The position numbers and the translations under genes are program-made. A DNA stretch of 64,000 bases from assembly GCF_009914755.1 (NCBI RefSeq), contig NC_060927.1. The stretch is one strand, 5' to 3'. Of this stretch, positions 11,872-28,932 are shown piece by piece; within the stretch, counting starts at the first letter, position 1, and each line of letters begins with the position of its first letter. The DNA is from the human T2T-CHM13v2.0 reference genome, Homo sapiens. The notes below the pieces were generated by a model. It ran no database searches and was not told where the DNA came from. It worked only from the letters and a program-made list of their open reading frames with translations.

Positions 11872-12454
11872 TGCCCAGGCTTGCTTAGGTAAACAAAGCA
11901 GCCGGGAAGCTCGAACTGGGTGGAGCCCACCACAGCTCAAGGAGGCCTGCCTGCCTCTGTAGGCTCCACCTCTGGGGGCAGGGCACAGACAAACAAAAAG
12001 ACAGCAGTAACCTCTGCAGACTTAAATATCCCTGTCTGACAGCTTTGAGGAGAGCAGTGGTTCTCCCAGCACGCAGCTAGAGATCTGAGAACGGACAGAC
12101 TGCCTCCTCAAGTGGGTCCCTGACCCCTGACCCCTGAGCAGCCTAACTGGGAGGCACCCCCCAGTAGGGGCAGACTGACACCTCACACGGCCGGGTACTC
12201 CTCTGAGACAAAACTTCCAGAGGAACGATCAGACAGCAGCATTCACGGATCATGAAAATCCGCGGTTCTGCAGATACCGCTGCTGATACCCAGGCAAACA
12301 GGGTCTGGAGTGGACCTCTAGCAAACTCCAACAGACCTGCAGCTGAGGGTCCTGTCTGTTAGAAGGAAAACTAACAAACAGAAAGGACATCCACACCAAA
12401 AACCCAACTGTACGTCACCATCATCAAAGACCAAAAGTAGATAAAACCACAAAG

Positions 12455-13462
12455 ATAGGGAAAAAACAGAGCAGAAAAACTGGAAACTCTAAAAAGCAGA
12501 GCACCTCTCCTCCTCCAAAGGAACGCAGCTCCTCACCATCAATGGAACAAAGCTGGATGGAGAATGACTTTGACGAGTTGAGAGAAGAAGGCTTCAGACG
12601 ACCAAACTACTCGGAGCTACAGGAGGAAATTCAAACCAAAGGCAAAGAAGTTGAAAACTTTGAAAAAAATTTAGATGAATGTATAGCTAGAATAACCAAT
12701 ACAGAGAAGTGCTTAAAGGAGCTGATGGAGCTGAAAGGAGAACTACGTGAAGAATGCAGAAGCCTCAGGAGCTGATGCGATCAACTGGAAGAAAGGGTAT
12801 CAGTGATGGAAGATGAAATGAATGAAATGAAGTGAGAAGGGAAGTTTAGAGAAAAAAGAATAAAAAGAAATGAACAAAGCCTCCAAGAAATATGGGACTA
12901 TGTGAAAAGACCAAATCTGCATCTGACTGGTGTACCTGAAAGTCACTGGGAGAATGGAACCAAGTTGGAAAACACTCTGCAGGATATTATCCAGCAGAAC
13001 TTCCCCAATCTAGCAAGGCAGGCCAACATTCAGATTCAGGAAATACAGAGAACGCCACAAAGATACTCCTCGAGAAGAGCAACTCCAAGACACATAATTG
13101 TCAGTTTCACCAAAGTTGAAATGAAGGAAAAAATGTTAAGGGCAGCCAAAGAGAAAGGTCGGGTTACCCACAAAGGGAAGCCCATCAGACTAACAGCTGA
13201 TCTCTCGGCAGAAACTCTACAAGCCAGAAGACACTGGGGGCCAATATTCAACATTCTTAAAGGAAAGAATTTTCAACCCAGAATTTCATATCCAGCCAAA
13301 CTAAGCTTCATAAGTGAAGGAGAAATAAAATACTTTACAGACAAGCAAATGCTGAGAGATTTTGTCACCACCAGGCCTGCCCTAAAAGAGCTCCTGAAGG
13401 AAGCGCTAAACATGGAAAGGAACAACCGGTACCAGCCACTGCAAAATCATGCCAAAATGTAA
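12455..13462 (+). pseudogene. L1 ORF1p, disrupted
   Basis: Start ATG mutated to ATA (aaagATAggg, 12455). Premature TGA at 12773-12775 and ~12833. C-terminus ...YQPLQNHAKM. Confidence 0.92.
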
Positions 13463-13525
13463 AGACCATTGAGACTAGGAAGAAACTGCATCAACTAACG
13501 AGCAAAATCACCAGCTAAAATCATA

Positions 13526-17300
<3,775 letters not shown>

Positions 17301-18649
17301 CAATGAGAACACATGGACACAAGAAGGGGAACATCACACTCTGGGGCCTGTTGTGGGGTGGGGGGAGGGGGGAGGGATAGCATTAGGAGATATACCTAAT
17401 GCTAAATGACGAGTTAATGGGTGCAGCACACCAACATGGCACATGTATACATATGTAACTAACCTGCACATTGTGCACATGTACCCTAAAACTTAAAGTA
17501 TAATAATAAAAGAAAAAAAGAAATATAATAAAAGGAGGGTTTCCTGAACTCAATACATTTCTAATAGATAAAACATTAGGAAAAATATTTTTGTATAGAA
17601 GAGTCCTTTAATAGCTCTTGCTTCTTTCTAGCAAGAGATAAAGACCTTTGTTTTTTAAAAATTTCAGGTCTACAACTCTAAATGTACCTTAAGAGGTCCA
17701 GAATTAAAATTATAAACATAATCTACATGATCTTAATCCTTCAAGTCTTAATAGCCACTCACATATGAGAAAGCTTAGCTTAGATCATCAACTCAACATA
17801 TTGTGTCTATTAAAAATTTTTATATAGATACTAGGCATCTTTCAGGAATAGATAAATAAGTTAAATATGAAACTTTATATAATATGTATATATAAATATA
17901 AACAAATATAGACACTATAGACAATTCACAAATATACCTACTTTCCAAAACGCTTGGTAAATATTCCTGATGCCCATACCCAACAACAATTTATCAGTTA
18001 AAATTTTCACATGGCTTGTTTTTTCAGTAGCAAAAGTAGTCTTCTTTCTTCTAAGGTATTCTTTTCTGTTTCAAGAAAGCATGACAGAGTGTTGATCCTA
18101 GGATAAAATCAGTCTGGTAAGTGGCTTTAGAAGACATTTGTGATGTTTGGAAGCAATGGGAATGAGATGATATGAGGAACATTGGCTGTTTCAATAGAAT
18201 TGGGTTATAGGTAGAGCTTTGATCTAGGAAATATCTAGCTTGGATATATGGACAAGACACTTTAAAGAGTTAGGAGGCTAGGTGAAAGGATAATCAGGGG
18301 AGAAAATTTGGGTTGTGACAGCACTAAATGAAAAAGAGGGAATGTGAGCCAATATAGGTAGTGAAAGAGAAGGATATGAGGCAATGAAAGGAAACTTGTA
18401 ATGTGGTCAATTATTTCTTGAGATAGAACATTTTTATTCATAAGCTGATGTGAGACCTTCTAATGCTGGTGCCTGCTTTAATGCATATCATAACTGGCAA
18501 AATGATTTTTCTTGGGACAAAAATGATCACCTCTCTATTAAGGAACAATATTGAGTAATAATTCACAACTTCTTTTCATTCCTACTAATCTGGGTTACAT
18601 TATTTTTGGCCTGTGATAGTATTGGCAATAATGCTTGGTTACTTAATCA

Positions 18650-19700
18650 AATAACAAAAATTGATCAATGATCACCTACTGTGTAAGTGGGTACTCTGAA
18701 AGATCTGTAGGAACTATTCTCTATGATCCCTGAAATAAGATTCCTCCGTAATAAGATGATTTTAATATGGTTAGAAAAAGAAGATCAACACATAGAAAGA
18801 GTGATTTGAAAATGGTATGCAATTAAGTCTGAAATTGTGAGAAAAGAGCTCCAAATGCCCAGAAAGGTCACTTCAACCTTCTAAGTGGCATTTAGGATAC
18901 TAAACACTGAAGTCACAAAGTACCACAGGGTAAGATTCTTACACTCAAAGAGTGAACAGCCTAGAGATAGATGCAGATGAACAGACAGTGAAAATATAGT
19001 ATTAGCTTTGCAAATACTCACATTGTACTCTGTTCACATAAAGGAGGCCACCCAATCCAGACTGAAGGGAAAGTTTTCTGGAAAAGATAATAGCTGAGTT
19101 GTGTCCTAAAAAAGTCATCTGAGAAAGTGGGACTTAGGGATGGAACTAAGGAGTTGGTGTTGATGGTTAAAAAAGAATGTGGGAGAAATTTCAAGAGGGT
19201 CAACAACAGAGATAAATGCTTGGAATCAGGTGCCAACACCGTAGAGCAAGGACATGGGGCAGGAAAGGAGGGTCCCTGACCAGAGAAGGATCACCATGGA
19301 GTAGCAGGAATCTCTAGATAAGGAGGATGGAGATGAATTATAAAGAGCCTTAAAAGACAGGAAGAGGGAAATCTGAACATAATGCACTAGTAAACAAGAA
19401 GGGCTTTAATCTCTTGGGCAAGTTATTGAAAGTGGCATTTGGTCTAAAAGCTGTCTGAAATTGAGGGCCCAGCTAGGACATTTTCTCCATAATTCAAGCC
19501 TAACAGGTAATGATCTGGCAGTCAAGAATAGAGAAGAAAGATAAATGTAACATATATTATAACAGAAGACTCAAATGGAATTGTTGGCCAACTGTGTATA
19601 TGAAATGGGTAAGAGGAAGTTATTCGAGATGAGTCCCATGAATCTCCACTTCCTCCCCGCCCTGGTTTCTGAAGAATGGAATCATCATTGATAGGGATCA
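18650..19700 (-). mobile_element. Degraded L2 fragments
   Basis: 'gatcacctactgtgtaagtgggtactctg' and a purine-rich L2-like stretch 19060-19640. Weak similarity. Confidence 0.4.
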
Positions 19701-20479
19701 AGAAGTTGAGAAAGCATAATGAAGTATATCGGGGGTGGTGGAGTGAGGAACTAATTCCTCATAAACATCATGCCTGCTATCTAGTTAGCTACTTCAATGA
19801 GATGGAGTGTGCCTGTTACTGGGTTTGGCTGCATTAGCTCAACCAATATGAATTTCTCAGATGTGCACAATTAAGAAAGTAAAAATTGCAAAAAGAAGCC
19901 ATATGATCCTTTCAATGTTGATGCTTATATTTGTTAGTATTAATAAATAAAATGACATTAATTATTCTCTAATATCCACTCTAAACATGTGATACACATA
20001 ATACCTGGGATTAAGTGGACTTTATCCACTAAAGTTTGATTGTCATCAACTTATGTTTAATATAACCCTAGAATTTATTTATTTTTATTAACTAGATCTC
20101 ATCTTCAAATTCTTAGGGAGTCCAGAATATTCTGGGATATGCTCACTGAATTTGATTGCTCATCATTATCATCTGCCCTTGGGCATCTCATACCTTTCTT
20201 TATTCTAATCTATTTCTAACTGGAGCCAGACCATTTAAAAAAATGTATTCTGTACATTTCAAAATGCATTTTGAATATCAAATAAAGTTATAAAACAGTT
20301 TTCCTCAATATTAATAAATAATAAGATTTATGTTGGGAAGATTAAAGTTTAAATATTAAAGAATAAATTTACAAAATATAGTTATAAATATGGAGCTGGG
20401 CTTTAAGAAAGTATCCCATAGTGGAACACAGATTTAGAAGTCACCAGGGTAAAGGTGAGAGGTAAGGGTTGAAATGCAG

Positions 20480-20481
<2 letters not shown>

Positions 20482-20515
<34 letters not shown>
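20482..20515. repeat. (TG)n microsatellite
   Basis: Pure GT run. Confidence 0.95.
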
Positions 20516-20518
<3 letters not shown>

Positions 20519-21352
20519 AGAGACAAAGAGAACAAAAATAAGAGTAGAGTCTAAGAACTGCATCTTGAATAGGGTTTGCCATGTTGGAGCAAGAATTAAG
20601 AAGCAAGAAAGTTGCTCCTCAAAAGCAGCAGGACCAGAGTATATCTCTTTACATCTGTACAGCACAAAATGCTTTCACATTCATTTGTCTTCACTTGACA
20701 CCTTATAGCACTCCAGAGAGCTCTTTGGAAGAAAGATGTTTTAAATGTCAGGTATTAAGATAATAAACATAAAAACAATAATAGAAACGCAAGACCTTTA
20801 AATAGAAGGAGGGTACTGCCTATATTCATCACTAAGTGGTTTGGATCAGTACCAAAGGCTGGTGGGAAGCCAGAGTAGGAAGAGTCTAGGGCATCCCTAA
20901 GTGTGTAGTGAAGTGATAAACATTCTGTGTAAGAGGGTGGTCTCCTCTCCAAATATGCCCTTTTGTCTCATCCAAGGTTTTATTAGTACTGACACTAATT
21001 CAATAGTTTATTGCTACATGTATAGTGGGACTCATGTTCCCAAGAGAAATTCTTAGATCACAAACCATCATTATTATCATCGAAGTGGAAAATCATGGAC
21101 TTTTATGAAGGGAATTGTTTAAATACATGTGGGATTTTTTTCTTGTAAACAACTGAAATGAAATCATTACCCCAAATGTCATTTTATAATAGTTACTCTG
21201 ATTTGCAAATACAATATGAGATTCTGATGTTTTCCAAGCATTTCACAAAGGAAATATTAATATATTACCTCTGGAAACAGTCAACAAATTATCATTTATC
21301 CCAAGAAATATTTAAAAATTTTGAAAAGATATAGAACATCACCAACACCCCC

Positions 21353-21353
<1 letters not shown>

Positions 21354-21396
<43 letters not shown>
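21354..21396. repeat. (CA)n microsatellite
   Basis: Pure CA run. Confidence 0.95.
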
Positions 21397-21398
<2 letters not shown>

Positions 21399-22119
21399 TA
21401 CATATGCAAACATATTCATTCAGTAACTCATCCTTAATTTAATTAAAGCCTTACTATAGAAGTTTACATTCCAAGGCTGGTTCTTAGTTGTGCTCATGTT
21501 GTTTCTAGATGAGGCAAATGCAGAACCAGAGAACTGAAGACTGAAACCTTGAGCTCCAAGTCTTGTAGGATGTTTGCAGAAAGAAAGATATGTATCTGGG
21601 GCTATCTTTGGTATTATGCATAGGTTCTGAGCTTGAGTTTTCATATTTGACAAATAAAAATCCTACAGATATTCAGATATAAGAAGAAGATTTGGTACAT
21701 CCCCACTGTATTTCCAGCCATTCAACTGTGTCACCTGAAACTTGGTGCTGAATACTGCACTGATTCTTTATCATCTCCTCTTGCCTAGGCAGAGCCAAAG
21801 TATTATAATGTACTATATGTCAATGTCCTGACTCTCAGCAGTTTTTTTTTATCTGAAATTTTGAGGGAAAATGTCCTTAATTCATATAGAAAATACCAAA
21901 TTTATATCCAAAGATTTGTGTGTTGTAAAACAGAAAAAACATTCAGAGTGAAGGCATATTTAATTTGCAAGTATTTTTTTTTCTGTTGATCAAAGTTTAA
22001 AATGTTTTCCCTTACAAGAAATAAAAAGGGGTAGTTTTCATCACTTCTCATAAACTATAATTATATCCCCTAAATTATAAACTTTAAACCTCACAGTTTT
22101 TATTGTATCTTCCAATTTT

Positions 22120-22300
22120 TTCATTGGATGGGGCCATAGCTGTCATAGCATCCAGCTCTTTCATTTTACAATTGGAATAACTGAGGCCCTAAGACTTTAA
22201 AGATCTTCAAGGTCACATAATAGATTGTAGGAGAGCCAGGATAAAAAAGCATTTCTTCTTATTCTCAGTTCAGAACTCTGACTTAAATACACTGACAGCC
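22120..22300 (-). mobile_element. MIR relic
   Basis: 'tcattttacaattggaataactgaggccc...caaggtcacata' MIR core. Confidence 0.65.
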
Positions 22301-22470
22301 TGTCAAAGGAGGACATCATATATGACCATGTGCATATGTGTATGCATTTGTGTTGGTGTGTGTGTATGTGCGTGGGTGTATGTATTTCTTTGCCTAGTCT
22401 GTTTCGTGGGTAGAGTCCTCCTACTTCCTTCCCCCACTCCCTTCAACCTTTCTTTATGTAGCAAATTCTT

Positions 22471-23071
22471 GTTTTGTGTATTATTTTTATTTGTGCTAGA
22501 GAACAGGTTATTCAGGTTAGCCTGTTCATGTTAGTGAATAACCTGTTCACTAATACAAATAATAATATATAAAACAAGAATTATTATTATCATTGTATTA
22601 TTATTTTTAAATTTCAGGTTCGGGGGTACATGTGCAGGTTTGTTACATGGGTAAATTGTGTGTCACTGAGGCTTGCTGTATGAATGATCCCATTACCAAG
22701 GTGCCCAACAGGTAGCCTTCCAATGCATGCCTACCTTCCCACCCTACCCCCTCAAACAGTCCCGTCTATTATTCCCTTACTTGTATCTATGTGTATTCAG
22801 TTTTTACCTCCCACTTATAAGCATGAATGTACAGTATTTATTTTCTAGACAGAGCCAAAGTATTATAATGTACTATACGTTTGCTTAGGATTGCACTGGT
22901 TTGCTTAGAATTATGGCCTCCAGCTGTATCCACGTTGCTGCAAAAGACATTATTCCATTTTTTTATGGCTGCATAGTATTCCGCAGTGTATTTGTGTCAC
23001 ATTTTCTTTATTCAGTCTGCCACTGATGGGCATCTTGGTTGATTTCATGTCTTTGCTATTGTGAATACGAC
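22471..23071 (-). mobile_element. 5'-truncated old L1PA (about PA13-16) 3' end with an extra 3' segment
   Basis: L1 3'UTR ~22600-23071 (gggggtacatgtgcaggtttgttacatggg...). 17-bp TSD ttatgtagcaaattctt at 22454-22470 and 23072-23088. Confidence 0.85.
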
Positions 23072-23333
23072 TTATGTAGCAAATTCTTACTCCTTAATCA
23101 AGACCCGTTTAAATACCATCTCTTTCTGCTTTCTGCTCCATCTTGGGTAGTGTCCCTTGCTTTACTCTCATAGAAAGCACTTGAATCATTTCAAGTACAC
23201 GGTAGCAGAGTTGTCTGCACTTGAATCACTTTGGTAGCAGAGTTGTCAAACGCATCAGAGTTCTTTGAAAACACATCTGTATACTATTTTAGAGTAGATC
23301 ATGGACCATTTTCACTATTTTACAAACTCCTTA

Positions 23334-23648
<315 letters not shown>

Positions 23649-26241
23649 TCATAAGCTGCTTGCCTTTGAATGCACAGGGACTAGCACAGTGCTTGATTAT
23701 GGTAACTATTCCATAGGGGTTTGTAGAAATAGTTCAATTTAATTTAGACAAATTTAGCAAAGTCCTACTCTTTATTTAGTTTAACTAAGAAGTATATCTT
23801 TACTGTAGACATCACATTGTACTTCATTTTAATGTTTCTGAAATTTATGGAAAGTATAAGGACCTAACTTTCATAAATACCGGTACTGGAGTGTTAGGGG
23901 TGAACCAAGTGTTGTTTGTCAGAAGCAATACTGGTAGCTACACTTCCCATTAAGTATTATTCTAAAGAAATAGTACCTATAACTTCTCATAACTTTTTGA
24001 AATCTTTACCTTTCTCTCTATGTAAAGATAATATTTTATATCCATTTATACATAGTTTGTTAAACTCGTCAGAGATCTGGAATTTTAGGACTAATCTTAA
24101 ATGGGTTATGCTTTAGTTAATGGTCTATTCAGTAACCTGAAGATTTGCTACTGGGGAATATCTGAACTGTTACACCTATTCCTATATGACTAAAAATAAA
24201 TTATTTAGAGAAGGCTACAATTTTGGAATGTGTGAATGAGACCTTTGAGAACAAGACAAAGTAGGACCAATCATCTAGTTCAACTATTTCTCCAGTGACA
24301 GATAGTGGAAGGTTATTTCAGCTAAGCTGCAAATCCAGGCCTCTCTGGGCTGAATTATGACAGATTTTGATGAGTAGGGAAATTAGGGTGGTTACTCCTT
24401 GTCTTTGCCCTTTTTAGCATGTGCGTTTCTGACTTTGCCCCAGTCACTGTCTCCACTTTGTTTTCTCTCCCTTTCCCTACACTTCTGACTCACATTCACT
24501 CTAATTTCTTTTCTGAAAATTTTCCTTCTCTGCACTCCTTTGTCTTTTTTTTTTTTTTGAACAATCTTTTTCTTTCATTTCTTCCCCTTCACTCTACACC
24601 CTATGCCCCACATTGGATTATTAAAAAACAATTGAAAATTTAAAAATTATCTAATATTTGTACTGAAAACATTTTCTGGAATTTTTTGTTCTTAATTTTC
24701 CATTCGGTATTTAGTCACCAAGCACTCTTGATTAGGAGGGTTTCGAGATGAAAGCAATAAACAAATCCTGAATTTTTACCTTTGACAAAAGGGAAAAAAC
24801 AGAAGCCAGAGACTGCGAAGTGCTAGGGGAAAATTTTCAAGAAAAGTCCTTGTCCTCAAGAACATCCTACTGTAGTGTGTAAGGCACACACACAAATTGC
24901 TTTTTGCTTATGTGTAATCTCAGATTGAATTTTCGTTTTGTAAGTCATCGGCTCCTGGAAATTCAAGGATATCTATTCTGCATTATGATATATTTAAGTG
25001 AGACAAAGAATGGAATCTTAAATAAGAATGCTAAATGTGGGAATGTAAGGTAATCCTCCTAGTCCTTTATTAAAATCGGCATAGACTTTGAAGGCTTGGG
25101 ACTTTAGTGAGAAGGAGGAGATTTGGAAACGTTCTAAAGCAAAGCCCCAACAATGATTAAAACAGTTAGAAAAATTAGCAGATGCCCATTAGTTTGGAGC
25201 CAAGCAGACATTTGCTGGATCACATTAGAATCTGTCCAGAGGCCTTAGGAAAATAGTTTTGTAAAGTAATGACTTTAAACCATGAATGTCAAATACAGCT
25301 TCATTTTCTTAACACTGCCTTAACCATCCCCATGCAGCTCCCTTCCAGAAATCCTTTTCCAGCTCCCTTCTCGAAATTCAGGTTGGCCTCATTCCTAACA
25401 CCAGCTCCGCAAAGGCAGGAGGTACAGCAGTCTTTCCTGCCCGTCCTTCATATCTTGACTCCGTGGCCCTGCCACAAGTTCTGGCTTCCCAGAAGGTCCT
25501 CTCCCCTCCCTGCTATATCCTCCCAGCAGTGCCCTCAAAAGCCAGCCAGTCCTAAAATCCAGCATATCAGAGGCAGAACCCAAATAATCATCAAGTAACT
25601 AGATGCTCTGAGCCTTATATAAAATTGAGATTTGTCACAATACTGTATATGTAGTGATATTGGAATATGACTATAATAATAAATATGTTATTTATATATT
25701 ATAGGTGTATAAAACTTCCAGGTCCAGATACTTGGTCAGATGATGGGAATATGAGAAGGAATCAGGTATACTCCTACTTTCACAGTTTATGCTTTCACAG
25801 AACAGGAAATATCATGCCAACTAACACATTAGCACACTAGAAATTTGAGATGCTGCAAAACATTTGAGATATTTGCAAAAGGAAGAATGAAGGCACAAAG
25901 GTGAAACTGATTAAGTATTCTCAAAGTTTCTGAATGGGGCAAATAATTTCAAGTAAATCTTCGTTGTAAAAGTGATGATGAAGCGAAATATATTTCTTAT
26001 AAATTGAGAAGAAAGAGGAGTGAGAAGGAAACTATACATTGTTCTACTCATTTGGTAATGCAAGCTTTTTAGTATGTCTAGAGTAAGGCTATCAGGAGGA
26101 GAAATCGTTTAGAGAGATACACAAGAGTCAAAACACAGGGCTTGCACTGAACTTTACTAGCAGCAAAATAGTTGTGGAGACACATGTATAATTATATGGG
26201 ACACATTTTCTTTGTAGCTGCACACAGACCTGTCCTACACA

Positions 26242-26281
<40 letters not shown>

Positions 26282-26441
26282 CTTAATCATTTTCTTTCTA
26301 AATTAATGAGGTATAGTATCAAGTATCCAAATTAAATACTCATTTTAGGTGGGGCTCAGTCTGGGACATAGAAAAGGACTTGACATAATGAAAAATAAAA
26401 TTAAAATTATTTCTTCTCTTTTCTCCTTAAAACTCTAAGCT

Positions 26442-26742
26442 AGCCAGGTGTGGTGGCTCATGCCTATAATCCAAGCGCTTTGGGAGGCCAAGACAGGAAG
26501 ATCACTTGAGCCCATGAGTTCAAGACCATCCTGGGCAGCATAGCAAGATCCTTGTCTCTACTTTTTTTTTTTAAATTAGCCAGGCATGGTGGTGTACAAC
26601 TGTAGTCCCAGCTACTTAGGAGGCTGAGGTAGGAGGATCGCTTGAGCCTGGGAGTTCAACATTGCAGTGAACCACCGCACTTAGCCTGGGTGACAGAGTG
26701 AGACTCTCTCTCAAAAACAAAACAAAACAAACATGCAAAAAA
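26442..26742 (+). mobile_element. AluJ
   Basis: gatcacttgagccc and gaggatcgcttgagcc J diagnostics; (AAAAC)n tail. Flanked by (CA)n at ~26245-26279 and ~26794-26830. Confidence 0.88.
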
Positions 26743-26797
26743 ACCCTCAAAACCTAATCCTTACTCCTTTCTTCTTAATCTCTCCATCTCTCCACAC

Positions 26798-26832
<35 letters not shown>

Positions 26833-28699
26833 AAGGATGCACAATAGAAGAACAACAATGAAAGGATGGAAAGACAGAAAAAAATGAAAGAGAAATGGTT
26901 AGATGTGAGGTCTTCAGTTGCTTGGATAAGAAGGAGCTAAAAATATTAGAACATCACTTCCTCTTACTCATCCTTTGCCCCTTCAGATATTAACCATAAA
27001 ATAAGCTGACTTTCCAACATCATCAGGCATGCCAAGTGAGATTTCAGCCAAATGTCTCATTTACTATCCTTAGTGAGTAGCATCTGATCTGAAAACCAAC
27101 AAAAGTGGGTGTTATAGAAACTTGAAACATTTATATTAATAGACTTCTAAAAATTCAGAATATTTAAAATTCCTTTTGAGATAAAAAAAATTTCAACATC
27201 AAGCTTCACGAGCTTGTTACTGCATCAACGATATACAGACGAGAGCTGTCAGAAGACTATCAGAGAAATGTGTTTTCCCACCCAAAGCTGCATTTCTCCA
27301 TTTCCTCTCTCAACTGTATAGCCCATCTGGCAGTGCATGTACAGACCACTGGGAGAACTCAAACTTGGAAATTGAAATTTCAGGCTCAAAGAAAAGGTGA
27401 AAATATAAAGAATTTCCCCAAAGCTTTAAAACCCCAAACAATAGTAATCTTATTCTGAAACTCAGGAAAGAGTTGTATGAGCTTTCTTGTAGAAGAATTG
27501 TGTGTGTGTGTGTGGCATTTTGCATAAAACTTTGGTAGAAACTGATGACTTCATTAGAAAGGCAGGTGGATCTTGTACCCCAAAAACCCTCCTTTCTGTT
27601 TGTTTGCAAAAGATTGAATGAACCTTGTCAGAAGTCTGTTCAGCTGCCTCTTTTCAGGAGTGGGCCAATGCATATGCTATTTCTCTTTAGAAATCTCCCT
27701 GAATTATTGGGCAAAAAGGGAAGGAATATAACAAAGTAGGCTGTGTGAACGAGAACTGGCTAAGATTACACCCCTGTGGACCCTCTCCTCGGGTATATTG
27801 GGGTGTTTAGCCCATCTGAGTTGCCAATTTTATCAGCCTGCATTAGATGTCAATGAATATGGAGAGTTGAGGCTGCCAATACAAGTTATTTTCATAGACT
27901 CTTTAATGGCTCATCTTCCTACTCTGTTTATACAAATGTTCTTAGAATAGTATTGATTTGAGGGACATTGCTTGCCCATGGACTCTTCTCTCTTTTATGG
28001 TGACTATCGTTTCTAGATGTTTGTTTTTTGGACTAGCTCAGTCAACAATAAGTTACTTTTTCCACCTGAGTCATCCTTTAATTTCTATTTTAATTTCCTT
28101 CTCGAAGGAATTCAGATTTCACTAGGAGTGTTTGAATCTCAGAAGCAAGAATGGTACAGTTAGAATACTAGATGCCGTCCAGTTCCCTGGTTTTCAAGCT
28201 ATGAGTTTCCAAATTCTTGGATTTTTAAATAATGTGTCCCAAGACCACAATGTGAAGTGGAAGTAAAGAAAATGCTGAGAAAGCTTTCAACAAAAGAAAC
28301 AAGATTTTTAGCAATTTTCATACACCCAGGTTCCATTTTCAATTTTATTTGATAAAAGACCTTTTTGTTAGAGAATGAGAACTTCCAGTTGGAGAGAGAT
28401 TCAGCAGCTTGTTTTAGGCCACTCAGTGAGTGACAGAGCCAGGAGCTGTCTCCAGAGTTGTCAGCAAGCATCCTTCCTGCCCCTCTACACCCCCCTCTAC
28501 TCATGCCTCTTTCCATCCCGTTGGTATCTACGTTTTTCCCTTTTTAAATGTTTCCCATAGTTCTTTCTTTCAGTATTTTACAGTAGTGTCTAGAGTAGTC
28601 TTCTTTTAGTTTATCTATGTATTTTATTCAATATCCATTCTTAGTCAATTCTGAGAGTATTAGTTCACTCTCAAAAGACAGGAGGAGTCATTATTAGCA

Positions 28700-28932
28700 T
28701 TACTAATATTATCATCTTTTACACTGACAATATTTAGAAATATTCACCTTTTATAGATTTTACACATTAATTATATAGTTATAAACAGATACATCCTTAT
28801 AAAGTACCTAAAGGGGGAATATGAAAACTACGGCCTTAAAATGAGAAATGACTTGCCCAATGGTACACACATATTTAGAATCACAAGCAGTTTTGGCGTC
28901 CTGTTTCCAGTTTCTATTCTTTCCACTTAAAC
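28700..28932 (-). mobile_element. MIR relic
   Basis: 'aaatgacttgcccaatggtacaca' core and 'ttctttccactt' end. Confidence 0.5.

Noticed and set aside
20258-20275. 18-bp palindrome ttcaaaatgcattttgaa
   Set aside because: AT-rich and isolated; plausible by chance in 64 kb, with no supporting context.
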